Shown here in pieces: positions 7,937-16,575 of a stretch of 30,950 bases of DNA. The position numbers were made by a program, and so were the translations under genes. A model generated the notes under the pieces. The model did not search any database and was not told the origin of the DNA. It saw only the letters and a list, made by a program, of their open reading frames with translations. This DNA is from a virus (taxonomy: Duplodnaviria; Heunggongvirae; Uroviricota; Caudoviricetes), in IMG/VR virus record IMGVR_UViG_2695420421_000007. One strand, given 5' to 3'. Every line of letters starts with the position of its first letter. Position 1 is the stretch's first letter.

Positions 7937-10759
7937 ATGACGGCAGAGTACATCAGGGACTGGCAACAACCGCGCCACGCAGTGGGGCGTGAAGGAACGG
8001 GGATCCCCGCTCCTGAATCCGCGCTTTCCTCCTGGCTGGATGCCCACCGGGCAGAGAACGAGCGCCGCCAGGAAATGGCTGATGCGGCGTTCTCCGCCAC
8101 GCCACTGGGCAACCTGATTAATAAAAGCCTGGACGCACAGGAAAAACAGGACAAAACCATCACACTGGCAGGAGACGCCAGAAAACAGGCACGCGGCGCG
8201 GTGGATGAAGCCATGGCCTCGCTGCGCCTGCTGCCGTCCTATCTGCGCGATCCGCTTATTCGCCACCTCTCCTTCCTGCGCAAAAAACAGGAAGCCGATC
8301 GCCGGAAAGGCAAAAAGAGCTGGCAGGCGGAACGCTATGCACGCGGAACCCTGCGCAAAATATTCGAACGTCTGGATCGCACTGACGGACACTGGCTGAC
8401 ACCGGGTTATCGCTCCCTTGCCGGACGTGAACGCCTGGACGATTTGCTTTACCTGCCGCAACTCAACAAACACCAGATACAGACGCTGGCCACCATGACG
8501 GCGGCGATGTTCAGCAGCACCTTCGAAAAACTCTGCGATGGTTTTGGCGCGACTGATGGCGAGCTGACCATGGATGTAACGCTGAAGGCGTATCAGATGC
8601 TGGCCCGCATGGCGTTACACTTACACGCCATGCCTCCGCATTATGACGCACTGACAACAGACAAAGACCGGAGGCACGAACCGGACACAGAACTGCTGCC
8701 GGGCGCAATCCTTCGCCTGACCTGTGCGGAATGGTGGAAACGCAAACTGTGGCTGTTACGTTGCGAGTGGAGAGAAGAACAACTTCGCGCCGCCTGTCTG
8801 GTTTCCAGAAAAACATCGCCCTATCTGAGCCAGGACGCGTTAAGCGAGTTTCGCGCACAGCGCGAGAAAACACGCGATTTCCTGAAAAGTTTCATGCTGG
8901 AAAATGAAGACGGGTTCACGATTGATCTCGAGACGGTGTATTACGCGGGAGTAAGTAACCCGGTTCACCGTAAGGCAGAAATGATGGCCACCATGAAGGG
9001 GCTGGAACTTCTGGCCGAAGCCCGTGGCGACAAAGCGGTGTTTCTGACTGTCACCTGCCCGTCAAAATACCACGCCACAACGGAGAACGGTCATCCGAAT
9101 CCCAAATGGAACGGGGCCACAATGCGCGACTCCAGCGATTACCTGGTTAACACGTTTTTTGCGACGGTCCGCAAAAAACTGAACCGCGACGGCCTGCGCT
9201 GGTATGGCATCCGCACGGCGGAGCCTCACCATGACGGCACCGTGCACTGGCATATGATGGTCTTTGCTCATCCGGAAGAAATCGACACCATTGTGTCCCA
9301 CACCCGCGATATTGCCATTCAGGAAGATCGTCACGAGCTGGGCGATGACATAACTCCGCGCTTTAAGGCGGAGTATGTAGACGGCTCAAAAGGCACGCCA
9401 ACCAGCTACATCGCCACCTACATCGGGAAAAACCTGGACAGCCGCGCCGTGGATGGCATCGACCCGAAAACGGGCAAGCCACGCGTTGACCACGAAACCG
9501 GAAAATCAATGGCCGAGAGCGTGGAACGCGCCATCGGCTGGGCGCGCCTTCACCGGGTCCGCCAGTTCCAGTTCTTTGGCATCCCCTCCCGCCAGGTATG
9601 GCGTGAACTGCGCCGCCTTGCCAGCCAGATGGCACGCAACCCGGAAGGCCCGCAACGGCTGAAGGATGACGCAATGGATGCGGTTCTTGCCGCCGCTGAT
9701 GCCGGATGTTTTGCCACCTACATAGAGAAACAGGGCGGCGTACTTGTTCCACGCAAAGACTACCTGATTCGCACCGCCTACGACCTCGCCGATGAGCTGA
9801 ACGATTACGGCGAACAGAGCGTACAGATTTACGGGATCTGGTCACCACTCATCGGGGAATCCTCCCGTGTGTGCACGCATCCGGATAACTGGAAGCTGGT
9901 AAGACGCAAACCGGAAGCGGAAGACAGCGCCCGCGAAAATGGTTTTGACCTTCAGGGCGGCCCTGCCGCCCCTTGGACTCGTGGCAATAACTGTCCCCGT
10001 GTACAGGAAACGGACAACAACGGGACAGAACAGCCGGAAGAACGGCCAGCACCGTGGCCGCAGCTCCCTGACGGCGTTGATGTGGATGAATGGATGCGCT
10101 CACTGAAACGGCACGAACGCCGGGCGCTGATGCGTTCGCTTCGTGACAAACAGGCAAAAAACAGCAGTGATGAAATGCAGAGCTGGACACAGAGCCGCAA
10201 ACAGCAGCGGCCTTTGCCTGATAACCACGAATTACTCGCTAAAGAATGGCGGGAGTCTGCTGAATCTCTCGGCCTGCATATCGGTGAACAACAGATGCAG
10301 CACCTGTTACGGGGCGGCAGTCTGTACGTTGACGGCAGCATCATTGCACCGCAGGGATTTGAAATTGTACGCAAACCGGATACCCGCCCGGACAGCCGAA
10401 TCACGCAGCTCTGGCAGCGCCTGAGCCGTAATCATGGCGTAAGCAGCACGGAGATCCGCCATAACCCGGTCGCCAGCTATCTGACACAGCTGGGGGCATC
10501 AGACCCTGAAGCCGCCGCACGCCTGGCATCCACACTTCAGCAGGACCAGAACACCATGAAAACACCCGTTACCGTGCTTTCTGACATGCTGCGCGCCATC
10601 CGCGACGCAGAGCACGCACAGAGAATCAGTGAAACCACTGAACGCGCCCGCCGCAAAGCAGACCTGCTGCGGGGTGGCCTGACCAGTGGAAACAAAAAAC
10701 AGACAGAAACGGGACTCACGAATCCCGTAAATGAGCAAAAAACGCGCAGCGATATATGA
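7937..10759 (+). CDS. A: Replication initiation endonuclease, P2 gpA family (940 aa)
   Basis: Large last gene of the early operon; contains an HxH block (HWHMMVF) and a downstream Tyr cluster (YIATYIGKN), read as the metal-binding and catalytic-tyrosine motifs of rolling-circle initiators of P2 A type. The C-terminal roughly 180 aa look like an acidic/basic low-complexity extension. Confidence 0.8.
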   Translation: MTAEYIRDWQQPRHAVGREGTGIPAPESALSSWLDAHRAENERRQEMADAAFSATPLGNLINKSLDAQEKQDKTITLAGDARKQARGAVDEAMASLRLLPSYLRDPLIRHLSFLRKKQEADRRKGKKSWQAERYARGTLRKIFERLDRTDGHWLTPGYRSLAGRERLDDLLYLPQLNKHQIQTLATMTAAMFSSTFEKLCDGFGATDGELTMDVTLKAYQMLARMALHLHAMPPHYDALTTDKDRRHEPDTELLPGAILRLTCAEWWKRKLWLLRCEWREEQLRAACLVSRKTSPYLSQDALSEFRAQREKTRDFLKSFMLENEDGFTIDLETVYYAGVSNPVHRKAEMMATMKGLELLAEARGDKAVFLTVTCPSKYHATTENGHPNPKWNGATMRDSSDYLVNTFFATVRKKLNRDGLRWYGIRTAEPHHDGTVHWHMMVFAHPEEIDTIVSHTRDIAIQEDRHELGDDITPRFKAEYVDGSKGTPTSYIATYIGKNLDSRAVDGIDPKTGKPRVDHETGKSMAESVERAIGWARLHRVRQFQFFGIPSRQVWRELRRLASQMARNPEGPQRLKDDAMDAVLAAADAGCFATYIEKQGGVLVPRKDYLIRTAYDLADELNDYGEQSVQIYGIWSPLIGESSRVCTHPDNWKLVRRKPEAEDSARENGFDLQGGPAAPWTRGNNCPRVQETDNNGTEQPEERPAPWPQLPDGVDVDEWMRSLKRHERRALMRSLRDKQAKNSSDEMQSWTQSRKQQRPLPDNHELLAKEWRESAESLGLHIGEQQMQHLLRGGSLYVDGSIIAPQGFEIVRKPDTRPDSRITQLWQRLSRNHGVSSTEIRHNPVASYLTQLGASDPEAAARLASTLQQDQNTMKTPVTVLSDMLRAIRDAEHAQRISETTERARRKADLLRGGLTSGNKKQTETGLTNPVNEQKTRSDI

Positions 10760-10801
10760 AGCGCGCACAAAACAGGCAAAAACGGGATTTCAGAATCCCG
10801 T
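10709..10801. promoter_or_regulatory. Pair of near-identical 20-bp palindromes (ACGGGAyT-N4-AATCCCGT) about 73 bp apart, spanning the A stop and the parM-like upstream region
   Basis: 10709-10728 ACGGGACTcacgAATCCCGT and 10782-10801 ACGGGATTtcagAATCCCGT, each within the same AAAAACGGGA...GAATCCCGTAAA context. Confidence 0.35.
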
Positions 10802-10835
10802 AAACGATTAATTAATCAACATAAGGAAAAGCGAC

Positions 10836-11795
10836 ATGAAAATTTGTATCGACGACGGCTCCACCAACATCAAGCTGGCATGGACTGAGAACGGCGAACG
10901 CCGCAACGCCATCAGCCCGAACAGCTTCAAGTCGGAATGGTCTGCGCCGTTCGGTGGCATGCAGCCCGCGAACTACATGCTTGATGGCGTGCGCTATGGT
11001 TTTGATCCGGTCAGCGATCGCTTTGTCCAGACAACCGACACGCAATACCAGTACAGCGATGTAAATGTCATTGCCATTCATCACGCGCTGGTCAAATCAG
11101 GCATCACGCCACAGGAGGTGGATGTGGTTGTCACCCTGCCACTGAGCGAGTATTTCGACACAAACGCACAGCCGGACATGGCCAACATCAACCGCAAAAA
11201 AGCGAACGTTATGCGCCCGGTGGAGTACCAGAACGGCGAAGCATTCACTATCCGTAACGTGCGGGTTATGCCTGAATCCATTCCGGCTGGCTTTAAGGCA
11301 CTGGCTGACATGAGTCCGTTTGAATCCCTGCTGATTGTGGATTTGGGCGGAACCACGCTGGATGTGGCAAAGGTTCAGGGGCAACTGGCAGGTATCAGCC
11401 AGGTGTTTTGCGATCCACACGTAGGCGTTTCTCTGATGGCCGATGCCGTACTGTCGGTGATGGCCACTAACGGTATGCGCACCAGTCACCACATCGCCAA
11501 TACCATTATCGAACATCGCCATGATGAAGCCTGGCTGCGCCAGCACATCCACAATGACGCGCATTACGCCAGCCTGATGGCGGTTATTCGTGAAAAGGAA
11601 GAAACACTGAAACAACGCGTGATCCGCGCGCTGGCGGGTTTTTCGGGTTACGGGCGGGTGATGGTTGTCGGTGGAGGGGCGGAGATTGTGGCACCCGCTA
11701 TCCGCGAAGCCTGCGGAGTTAATGCGACTTTCATCGCGGACGGGGTGCCACAGTTTGCTCTGGTTAATGGGCTGTACGCAATGGACAAGGAGTAA
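10836..11795 (+). CDS. ParM/StbA-like actin-family ATPase (319 aa)
   Basis: N-terminus MKICIDDGSTNIKLAW and internal blocks (YQYSDVNVIAIHHAL, VDLGGTTLDVAKV, VPAGFKA) parallel plasmid R1 ParM as recalled from memory; strong Shine-Dalgarno AAGGAAAA upstream. Confidence 0.8.
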   Translation: MKICIDDGSTNIKLAWTENGERRNAISPNSFKSEWSAPFGGMQPANYMLDGVRYGFDPVSDRFVQTTDTQYQYSDVNVIAIHHALVKSGITPQEVDVVVTLPLSEYFDTNAQPDMANINRKKANVMRPVEYQNGEAFTIRNVRVMPESIPAGFKALADMSPFESLLIVDLGGTTLDVAKVQGQLAGISQVFCDPHVGVSLMADAVLSVMATNGMRTSHHIANTIIEHRHDEAWLRQHIHNDAHYASLMAVIREKEETLKQRVIRALAGFSGYGRVMVVGGGAEIVAPAIREACGVNATFIADGVPQFALVNGLYAMDKE

Positions 11796-11799
11796 ACCA

Positions 11800-12111
11800 A
11801 TGACGACACCAACCAGACGGATAAGTTTCTATCTGAAGCCTGCGGCCGTCAAGAACGAAAGCGAAGCATGCGCCTGGCTGGGCAGCCTTACACCAGAAGC
11901 CCGCAAAAGCGGCCAACGCGTGGCTTTTCTGGCCGGGCTGGCACTTCTGAAAATGAATCCAGCAGAGGCTTACCGACTGGCTGCATGGGCTGACGATGAG
12001 GCGTTATCGGTGACACAAACCAGGACAGAACGCCCCGTGCCACAGCCAGTACCAACCGCACAGATAACCAGTCAGATAGCAGGGAATATCCGGGCATTAT
12101 TTCCTGAATGA
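11800..12111 (+). CDS. Hypothetical protein (103 aa) in the ParR-equivalent position
   Basis: ATG at 11800 preceded by AAGGAG that overlaps the parM-like stop. No recognisable motif; assignment is by position only. Confidence 0.5.
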   Translation: MTTPTRRISFYLKPAAVKNESEACAWLGSLTPEARKSGQRVAFLAGLALLKMNPAEAYRLAAWADDEALSVTQTRTERPVPQPVPTAQITSQIAGNIRALFPE

Positions 12112-12171
12112 CGAATTTGACGGCTTTTAATTTTATCGGGGTGCACTGTCGCCCCGCACGAGGAAAACACG

Positions 12172-12696
12172 ATGAAAAAATACGAATACATGCTAATGAA
12201 AGAAGCACTGCGGGCTGGTCTGGCTCCCTGTCCTGTATCCGTAGAAGCTGTTGTTGGGAACACGATTTTCCGAACGCTGCGAAATCGCGTATCCGTGAAG
12301 ATGGTTCACCAACCACCCAAATCTACCAGCATGATCTATCTGCCGCTGCCCGAGGCTATCAAACTTATGCGTTCGCTGAAATTTGCGATTTGGATGCAGA
12401 CACAAATCAACAAAGCGGTGCAAAACACCTTCGTTAAGAGACTAATACCGGAGCTTGCTGCCAGATGTGCAAAATGTACCAGACCCGCACTTCAATTTGA
12501 TCTGTCATTGATTCAACAAGCTACGGAGGCAGAACTGTACCGCCTGTCACCTATCCGTGATGCTCACACGGAAGCATCAGAAATGTTCCGGCTCATGTTT
12601 CAATTTAATTTTGCCGTTCGACGCACACGCGTTCAGGTCAATCGCATGATGCAGGAGCAGGAAGAGTTAACACAGTACAAAGGGGGCAGCCAGTGA
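12172..12696 (+). CDS. Hypothetical protein (174 aa), cos-proximal cargo
   Basis: ATG with GAGGAAAA Shine-Dalgarno; preceded by a small GC hairpin (about 12134-12152). No recognisable domain. Confidence 0.55.
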   Translation: MKKYEYMLMKEALRAGLAPCPVSVEAVVGNTIFRTLRNRVSVKMVHQPPKSTSMIYLPLPEAIKLMRSLKFAIWMQTQINKAVQNTFVKRLIPELAARCAKCTRPALQFDLSLIQQATEAELYRLSPIRDAHTEASEMFRLMFQFNFAVRRTRVQVNRMMQEQEELTQYKGGSQ

Positions 12697-12932
12697 GTAA
12701 TTCAGCACGACTACAGCTTGGTTTTTCACCGCTATCAAAAACCATCGTATTGGCAAAAATGCGTGACTTAGGAGACGGAACAAAACGCCGCGTAGGAAAT
12801 GATCGCGGTCGCGATGTAACCAACGAGGCCGCTCAACTCGTTTGGCATCTAGTCATGGCAGAAGGCGGTGAAATTAATTGGGAGCTGGATGATGGTTCTC
12901 GTATGATTTTGAGGGCCGAGAAGAGTAAATAG
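12693..12932 (+). CDS. Hypothetical protein (79 aa), translationally coupled to the upstream gene
   Basis: GTG start overlapping the upstream TGA (GTGA). Confidence 0.45.
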   Translation: MSNSARLQLGFSPLSKTIVLAKMRDLGDGTKRRVGNDRGRDVTNEAAQLVWHLVMAEGGEINWELDDGSRMILRAEKSK

Positions 12933-12946
12933 CTCAAGGGGGATTA

Positions 12947-13132
12947 ATGCTAAATGATGATGAAGAAGAGCTGCTTATGCAGGAATGGTCGCTCGGTGAT
13001 TATGATAATGGTGAAAATGGGTGCCCGCATTGTGGCCGTTATCGTTTATGTATCTGCCAGAATGGAAAACACAGATGTGAAAAGTGCAATTGGTCTCCGG
13101 AACTTAATGACTACGTGCCGATCGAGTGGTAG
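12947..13132 (+). CDS. Small Cys-rich (putative zinc-ribbon) protein (61 aa)
   Basis: AAGGGGG Shine-Dalgarno then ATG; translation contains CPHCG...CIC...CEKC. The overlapping ORF 12954..13148 is rejected in its favour. Confidence 0.5.
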   Translation: MLNDDEEELLMQEWSLGDYDNGENGCPHCGRYRLCICQNGKHRCEKCNWSPELNDYVPIEW

Positions 13133-13139
13133 AGGTAAG

Positions 13140-13620
13140 TCACACTAGGTGTTTTTTAGTTGATTTTATAAATGCACAATAGTGCACAAATTTGCACAAT
13201 TTTTTTGAACGACTTTTTGCCCTTCCGGCCCGCGTGGCGGCTGGATCCGTCAAGGATCCGTGCATGCACAAAAAAACGCGTTTTTTCTGCGCGCAGGTGA
13301 CGGGGGAACAGCCCGCGTTTCAGGGGGTAAATAGCATTCCCTGAACGATGTCGCAGAGATACAACAGAATGGCTGTATTTCTCACGCTGAGCGTGAAAAA
13401 GACGTGAGGGCTTTTGATTTGATGGGGTGAAAGGTAAGGCCGTCAAAATCGCACTGAGACGGCGAGAATATGCAGTCAACGAGGTGGGATTGCGTAAGAG
13501 TCTGACTGTCGATGATGGCAATCAGCAGGAAAGCGTCGTGAAATTATCTGACTGATACAGGAGCTGGAGAGTCGGGGCATAAATTTTTTATGCCCCGGCG
13601 AAGCAGCAGACAAGCGAAGC
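13140..13620. other. Non-coding cos-proximal region (candidate cos / packaging site) between cargo genes and portal gene
   Basis: About 480 bp without credible ORFs in the position P2 cos occupies next to Q. Contains a triple direct repeat TGCACAA (13172-13200), a tandem GGATCCGT repeat (13242-13260) and the perfect palindrome AAAAAACGCGTTTTTT (13271-13286). Confidence 0.4.
13574..13596 (-). terminator. Perfect hairpin downstream of the portal gene (possible terminator of the leftward P-Q operon)
   Basis: GGGGCATAAA-tttt-TTATGCCCC inverted repeat 28 bp past the Q stop; no clean T-run, so terminator function is uncertain. Confidence 0.35.
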
Positions 13621-13623
13621 GCG

Positions 13624-14670
13624 TCAGGATGTGGGCTGGGTGTCTAACAGTGCGTAAGGGTTAAAGCGGATCACCTCTTCGCCAAGCCAGTCATTGATGT
13701 GCTTCATGGCCTCCATGACGGGCATCAGCTCGTTAATTGCGTAAACCCGCGCGGCCTTCTCCACATCACCAAACGCACTTTTTTCGCCCGGCATCGCCCC
13801 CATCAGTTGCGGCGGAACGCGGTGCGCAGCCAGCACATCATCACGGGATGCCGCCTTAACATTCATGAACTCATCCTTTGCGGTGATCTGCTGGAACGGC
13901 AAAATTTGCACCCCCTCTTTGCCCCCGTTGGGCGCATGAATGAGCACGTTTTTAAACGCACCACCACCACGTGCCCCCTGTAGCGTTTCTTTCAGGGAGT
14001 CCATGCTTTCGCGGTTTACCTGCGCTGCACCGATGTAGATGATGCACCCGGCGTGGGATCCGTTGTCGTAGTACAGTTTTCTGAACATGTCCGCCGAATG
14101 AGAAAGGCTGGCCGAGAGTAATGCGCCAAGATATTCCGGCATGCCGTAGATTTCCTGGTTAATATCCGGATTCATCAGGTGGCACACTTTGCCAGGACGA
14201 AACTGAAACGCATCCTTGCCATCCTGCACATACCACCATGATTCAAGATCGCTTCCGCGTCGCATGTATTTCGCCAGGGCGTGCCGTAATTTAAGCGGTT
14301 CGCCGAGCATATTGCTCCGAAGCTCAAGGAATGCGTTACCGAACACAAACCAGTCCAGCGCCAGCGCCGAGAAATCCTGCCGGGAAAGCAGCGGGTGCGG
14401 AATATAGCAGCCGAGCAATACATTGCGCTTAAAGTAAAGCGCAGACTGATGCCAGGACGTTTGCCGGGCAGCTCTTGCCAGACCGTACCAGTCCACCGGG
14501 GTTTCATACCACCGCCCGTTATCAGCACAGTACATATTGTCCAGCAGGTCATGCCCGGTCAGGCGGTAAGGACCATCAAATGTGAATGCACTGAGCGACG
14601 ATTCTTTCCTGAGCGCATCAGCGAGATCAATGCGTGAACTCATGCGCACTTTTTTATTTTTTCTGCTCAT
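13624..14670 (-). CDS. Q: Capsid portal protein (P2 gpQ-like, 348 aa)
   Basis: Translation parallels P2 Q as recalled from memory (WYE.PV...GLAR, LDWFVFGNAFLE, PDINQEIYGMPEYL, VIRFNPY..LDTQPT); start overlaps the P stop. Confidence 0.88.
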   Translation of the reverse strand: MSRKNKKVRMSSRIDLADALRKESSLSAFTFDGPYRLTGHDLLDNMYCADNGRWYETPVDWYGLARAARQTSWHQSALYFKRNVLLGCYIPHPLLSRQDFSALALDWFVFGNAFLELRSNMLGEPLKLRHALAKYMRRGSDLESWWYVQDGKDAFQFRPGKVCHLMNPDINQEIYGMPEYLGALLSASLSHSADMFRKLYYDNGSHAGCIIYIGAAQVNRESMDSLKETLQGARGGGAFKNVLIHAPNGGKEGVQILPFQQITAKDEFMNVKAASRDDVLAAHRVPPQLMGAMPGEKSAFGDVEKAARVYAINELMPVMEAMKHINDWLGEEVIRFNPYALLDTQPTS

Positions 14671-16421
14671 CAGAACTCCATAACCGTGAAACGCTCGTTT
14701 TCTCCTTCGCCGCCAATCGGTTCGTTAATGACAGCAAGCATGGTTGCCCACGCAAGGTCGCCGTGGCTGATCCCCCTCGCGCGGTCCGTTTCGTAAGTGA
14801 TAAAACCGCCCGGTGTTTTCACCTTACGCACGGCGTTAAAGGCCGCAACCAGCTCGCGTTCGGCGCGATCGTATTCCCACCGCCCGGCACGCATTATTTG
14901 CAGCATTTTCAGTACCAGCGACCGTTTTGATGACAGCGTGAAGGTGTAAGGGATGGCGGCGGGAAAAAACCGTTTCACTATCTGATAGACGGCATCCCCG
15001 TGCCCGCCCGTCGCATCAATGCCGATGTGTTCCACGTTGTAGCGATACGTGAACTCTTCAATAACTCTGGCCTGCTCTTCAAATTCCAGCCCCTGAACGC
15101 GTCGCGTCTCCACCGTTCTGAAACGACCACCAGGAACAGCCGGAGGAACCACCACGGACACAGCGCCGCTGTCGCCGTTACCACTGCTGCCGTTTGCGTC
15201 ATACCCAATCCATACCGGACGATTCCCCATCGGGCGGGGGGCAAAGGGTTTCCAGTCTTTCCAGTCGTCGTATCCGTCAACACCGCAGCCAATCAGGATA
15301 TTCAGGTTAAATGCCGATTCCCCTTCGCGGACAAACTCACACATATAGAGATTGCGGAACTCGTCTTCGGTGTTTTCATCACGAATTTCATCAATATCGG
15401 TGTGTTTCCAGCCGTGATTAACCACATCTTCCAGCGTGACAATTTGCCGCCACGTCCGGTCAGGGCAGATAAGCCCGTTATGCAGCGTTTTCCAGTCCAC
15501 AGAAAAACGCTGGCGTTTATGCGCGGCCTTTTTCTCGTTCCAGCGGTCGCCGTTCCAGTAGGCGTATGCCTCGTGCGTTTCGGTGGATGGCGTGGAGAAG
15601 CAGGTGCGCCGCAGTCCGCTGAGGGTTGCCATAGCGCCAGCCACCTTGCGCAGTTCAGCAAAGCGACTGACCCAGAAAAATTCATCAAAATAAAAATTGC
15701 CCGTGTAAGATTGCGCCGTCGCAGCAGAAGTGCCGAGAAAATGCATCTCTGCGCCGTTGGAGAGGATGATTTTATCGCCCCCTTTCAGCTCCACATCGAC
15801 TTCAGCCGCGGCCTTCTGAATAATGCTTTTAAACTGGAACGCCTGACGACGCGACGCAGACAAAAAAATCTGGTTACGCTGGTAAGGTTGTGCCACATCG
15901 TCACGCAGCGCCATCAGCAGTGCTTCCTGTGCAAAATACCAGGTCGCCCCAATCTGTCGGGATTTCAGGATCATCCTGTTACGTATCCCGGCTTCCCTGC
16001 AAAGCGTCAGGGAGTCAAACCAGCCCCGCTGATGCCACTCCAGCCTGCTGATGATTTTTTCCCGCAGTGCGGCAATCTGTTCCGGCGTGAAATGATTTTT
16101 GAGTTTTTTCGCCCGGCCTTTCTTTCCTGTGGCCGTCGCATCCGGCTGGCCATCATGCAGTTTTTTAAGCTGCCGGGTCAGCAGGTCTATTTCCTTAAAG
16201 TCACCACCTGTTTTATTCTGTTTTTCAGTAAGCTGGATGAGGCGCGCATCGATGGACTGCGTGACACGCTGCACGGGTGGCGTTTCATCCCACTGGTCGC
16301 GTTTTTTCCACGCATAAATCGTGTTCGGGTTTATTCCCATCAGACGTGATATTTCTGCGGGCGGATAACCCTGCCAGTAAAGTTGCCGCGCACGCTGGCG
16401 CACAAAAGCGTCCTGAATCAT
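14670..16421 (-). CDS. P: Terminase large subunit / ATPase (P2 gpP-like, 583 aa)
   Basis: Size and synteny (divergent from O, upstream of Q) match P2 gpP; translation is consistent with a terminase ATPase/nuclease. Confidence 0.88.
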   Translation of the reverse strand: MIQDAFVRQRARQLYWQGYPPAEISRLMGINPNTIYAWKKRDQWDETPPVQRVTQSIDARLIQLTEKQNKTGGDFKEIDLLTRQLKKLHDGQPDATATGKKGRAKKLKNHFTPEQIAALREKIISRLEWHQRGWFDSLTLCREAGIRNRMILKSRQIGATWYFAQEALLMALRDDVAQPYQRNQIFLSASRRQAFQFKSIIQKAAAEVDVELKGGDKIILSNGAEMHFLGTSAATAQSYTGNFYFDEFFWVSRFAELRKVAGAMATLSGLRRTCFSTPSTETHEAYAYWNGDRWNEKKAAHKRQRFSVDWKTLHNGLICPDRTWRQIVTLEDVVNHGWKHTDIDEIRDENTEDEFRNLYMCEFVREGESAFNLNILIGCGVDGYDDWKDWKPFAPRPMGNRPVWIGYDANGSSGNGDSGAVSVVVPPAVPGGRFRTVETRRVQGLEFEEQARVIEEFTYRYNVEHIGIDATGGHGDAVYQIVKRFFPAAIPYTFTLSSKRSLVLKMLQIMRAGRWEYDRAERELVAAFNAVRKVKTPGGFITYETDRARGISHGDLAWATMLAVINEPIGGEGENERFTVMEF

Positions 16422-16575
16422 TGCTCCCCCTGAGTAATTACAGGAAGATTACCCGCGCGCGAAACCGTTCTCCTTAACCCCCTGTTCTGGCCGTTTTCTT
16501 ACAACAAAAGCCCTTTGTATCAGCCTGTTACGCTTTGCCATCATGACTGAAGAACCAGTCAGAGGGGCAAAAACT
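16422..16575. promoter_or_regulatory. Divergent late-promoter region between P and O
   Basis: Intergenic gap between divergent late operons. A partial dyad TGTTCTGGCCGTTTTCTTACAACA is present, but its spacing does not match the TGT-N12-ACA activator site I recall for P2 late promoters. Confidence 0.35.

Noticed and set aside
7400-8473. 357-aa minus-strand ORF
   Set aside because: Antisense to the 3' end of the early operon and the 5' part of the A gene; Cys/Arg-rich low-complexity translation with no start context. Treated as a spurious open frame.
9363-10404. Several Arg/Cys-rich minus-strand ORFs (161, 113 and 150 aa)
   Set aside because: All lie antisense inside the A gene and have junk-like composition.
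11097-11615. 172-aa minus-strand ORF
   Set aside because: Antisense to the ParM-like gene, whose own translation carries clear family motifs.
12954-13148. 64-aa ORF overlapping the small Cys-rich gene in another frame
   Set aside because: The 12947 frame has the strong Shine-Dalgarno and the cysteine-cluster translation; this one does not.
13156-13521. 121-aa minus-strand ORF in the cos-proximal region
   Set aside because: Lies in the non-coding, repeat-containing packaging region; basic junk-like translation and no ribosome-binding site.
15000-16349. 449-aa plus-strand ORF
   Set aside because: Antisense to the terminase large-subunit gene, which has strong family and synteny support; long open frames on the opposite strand are expected in this GC-rich coding region.
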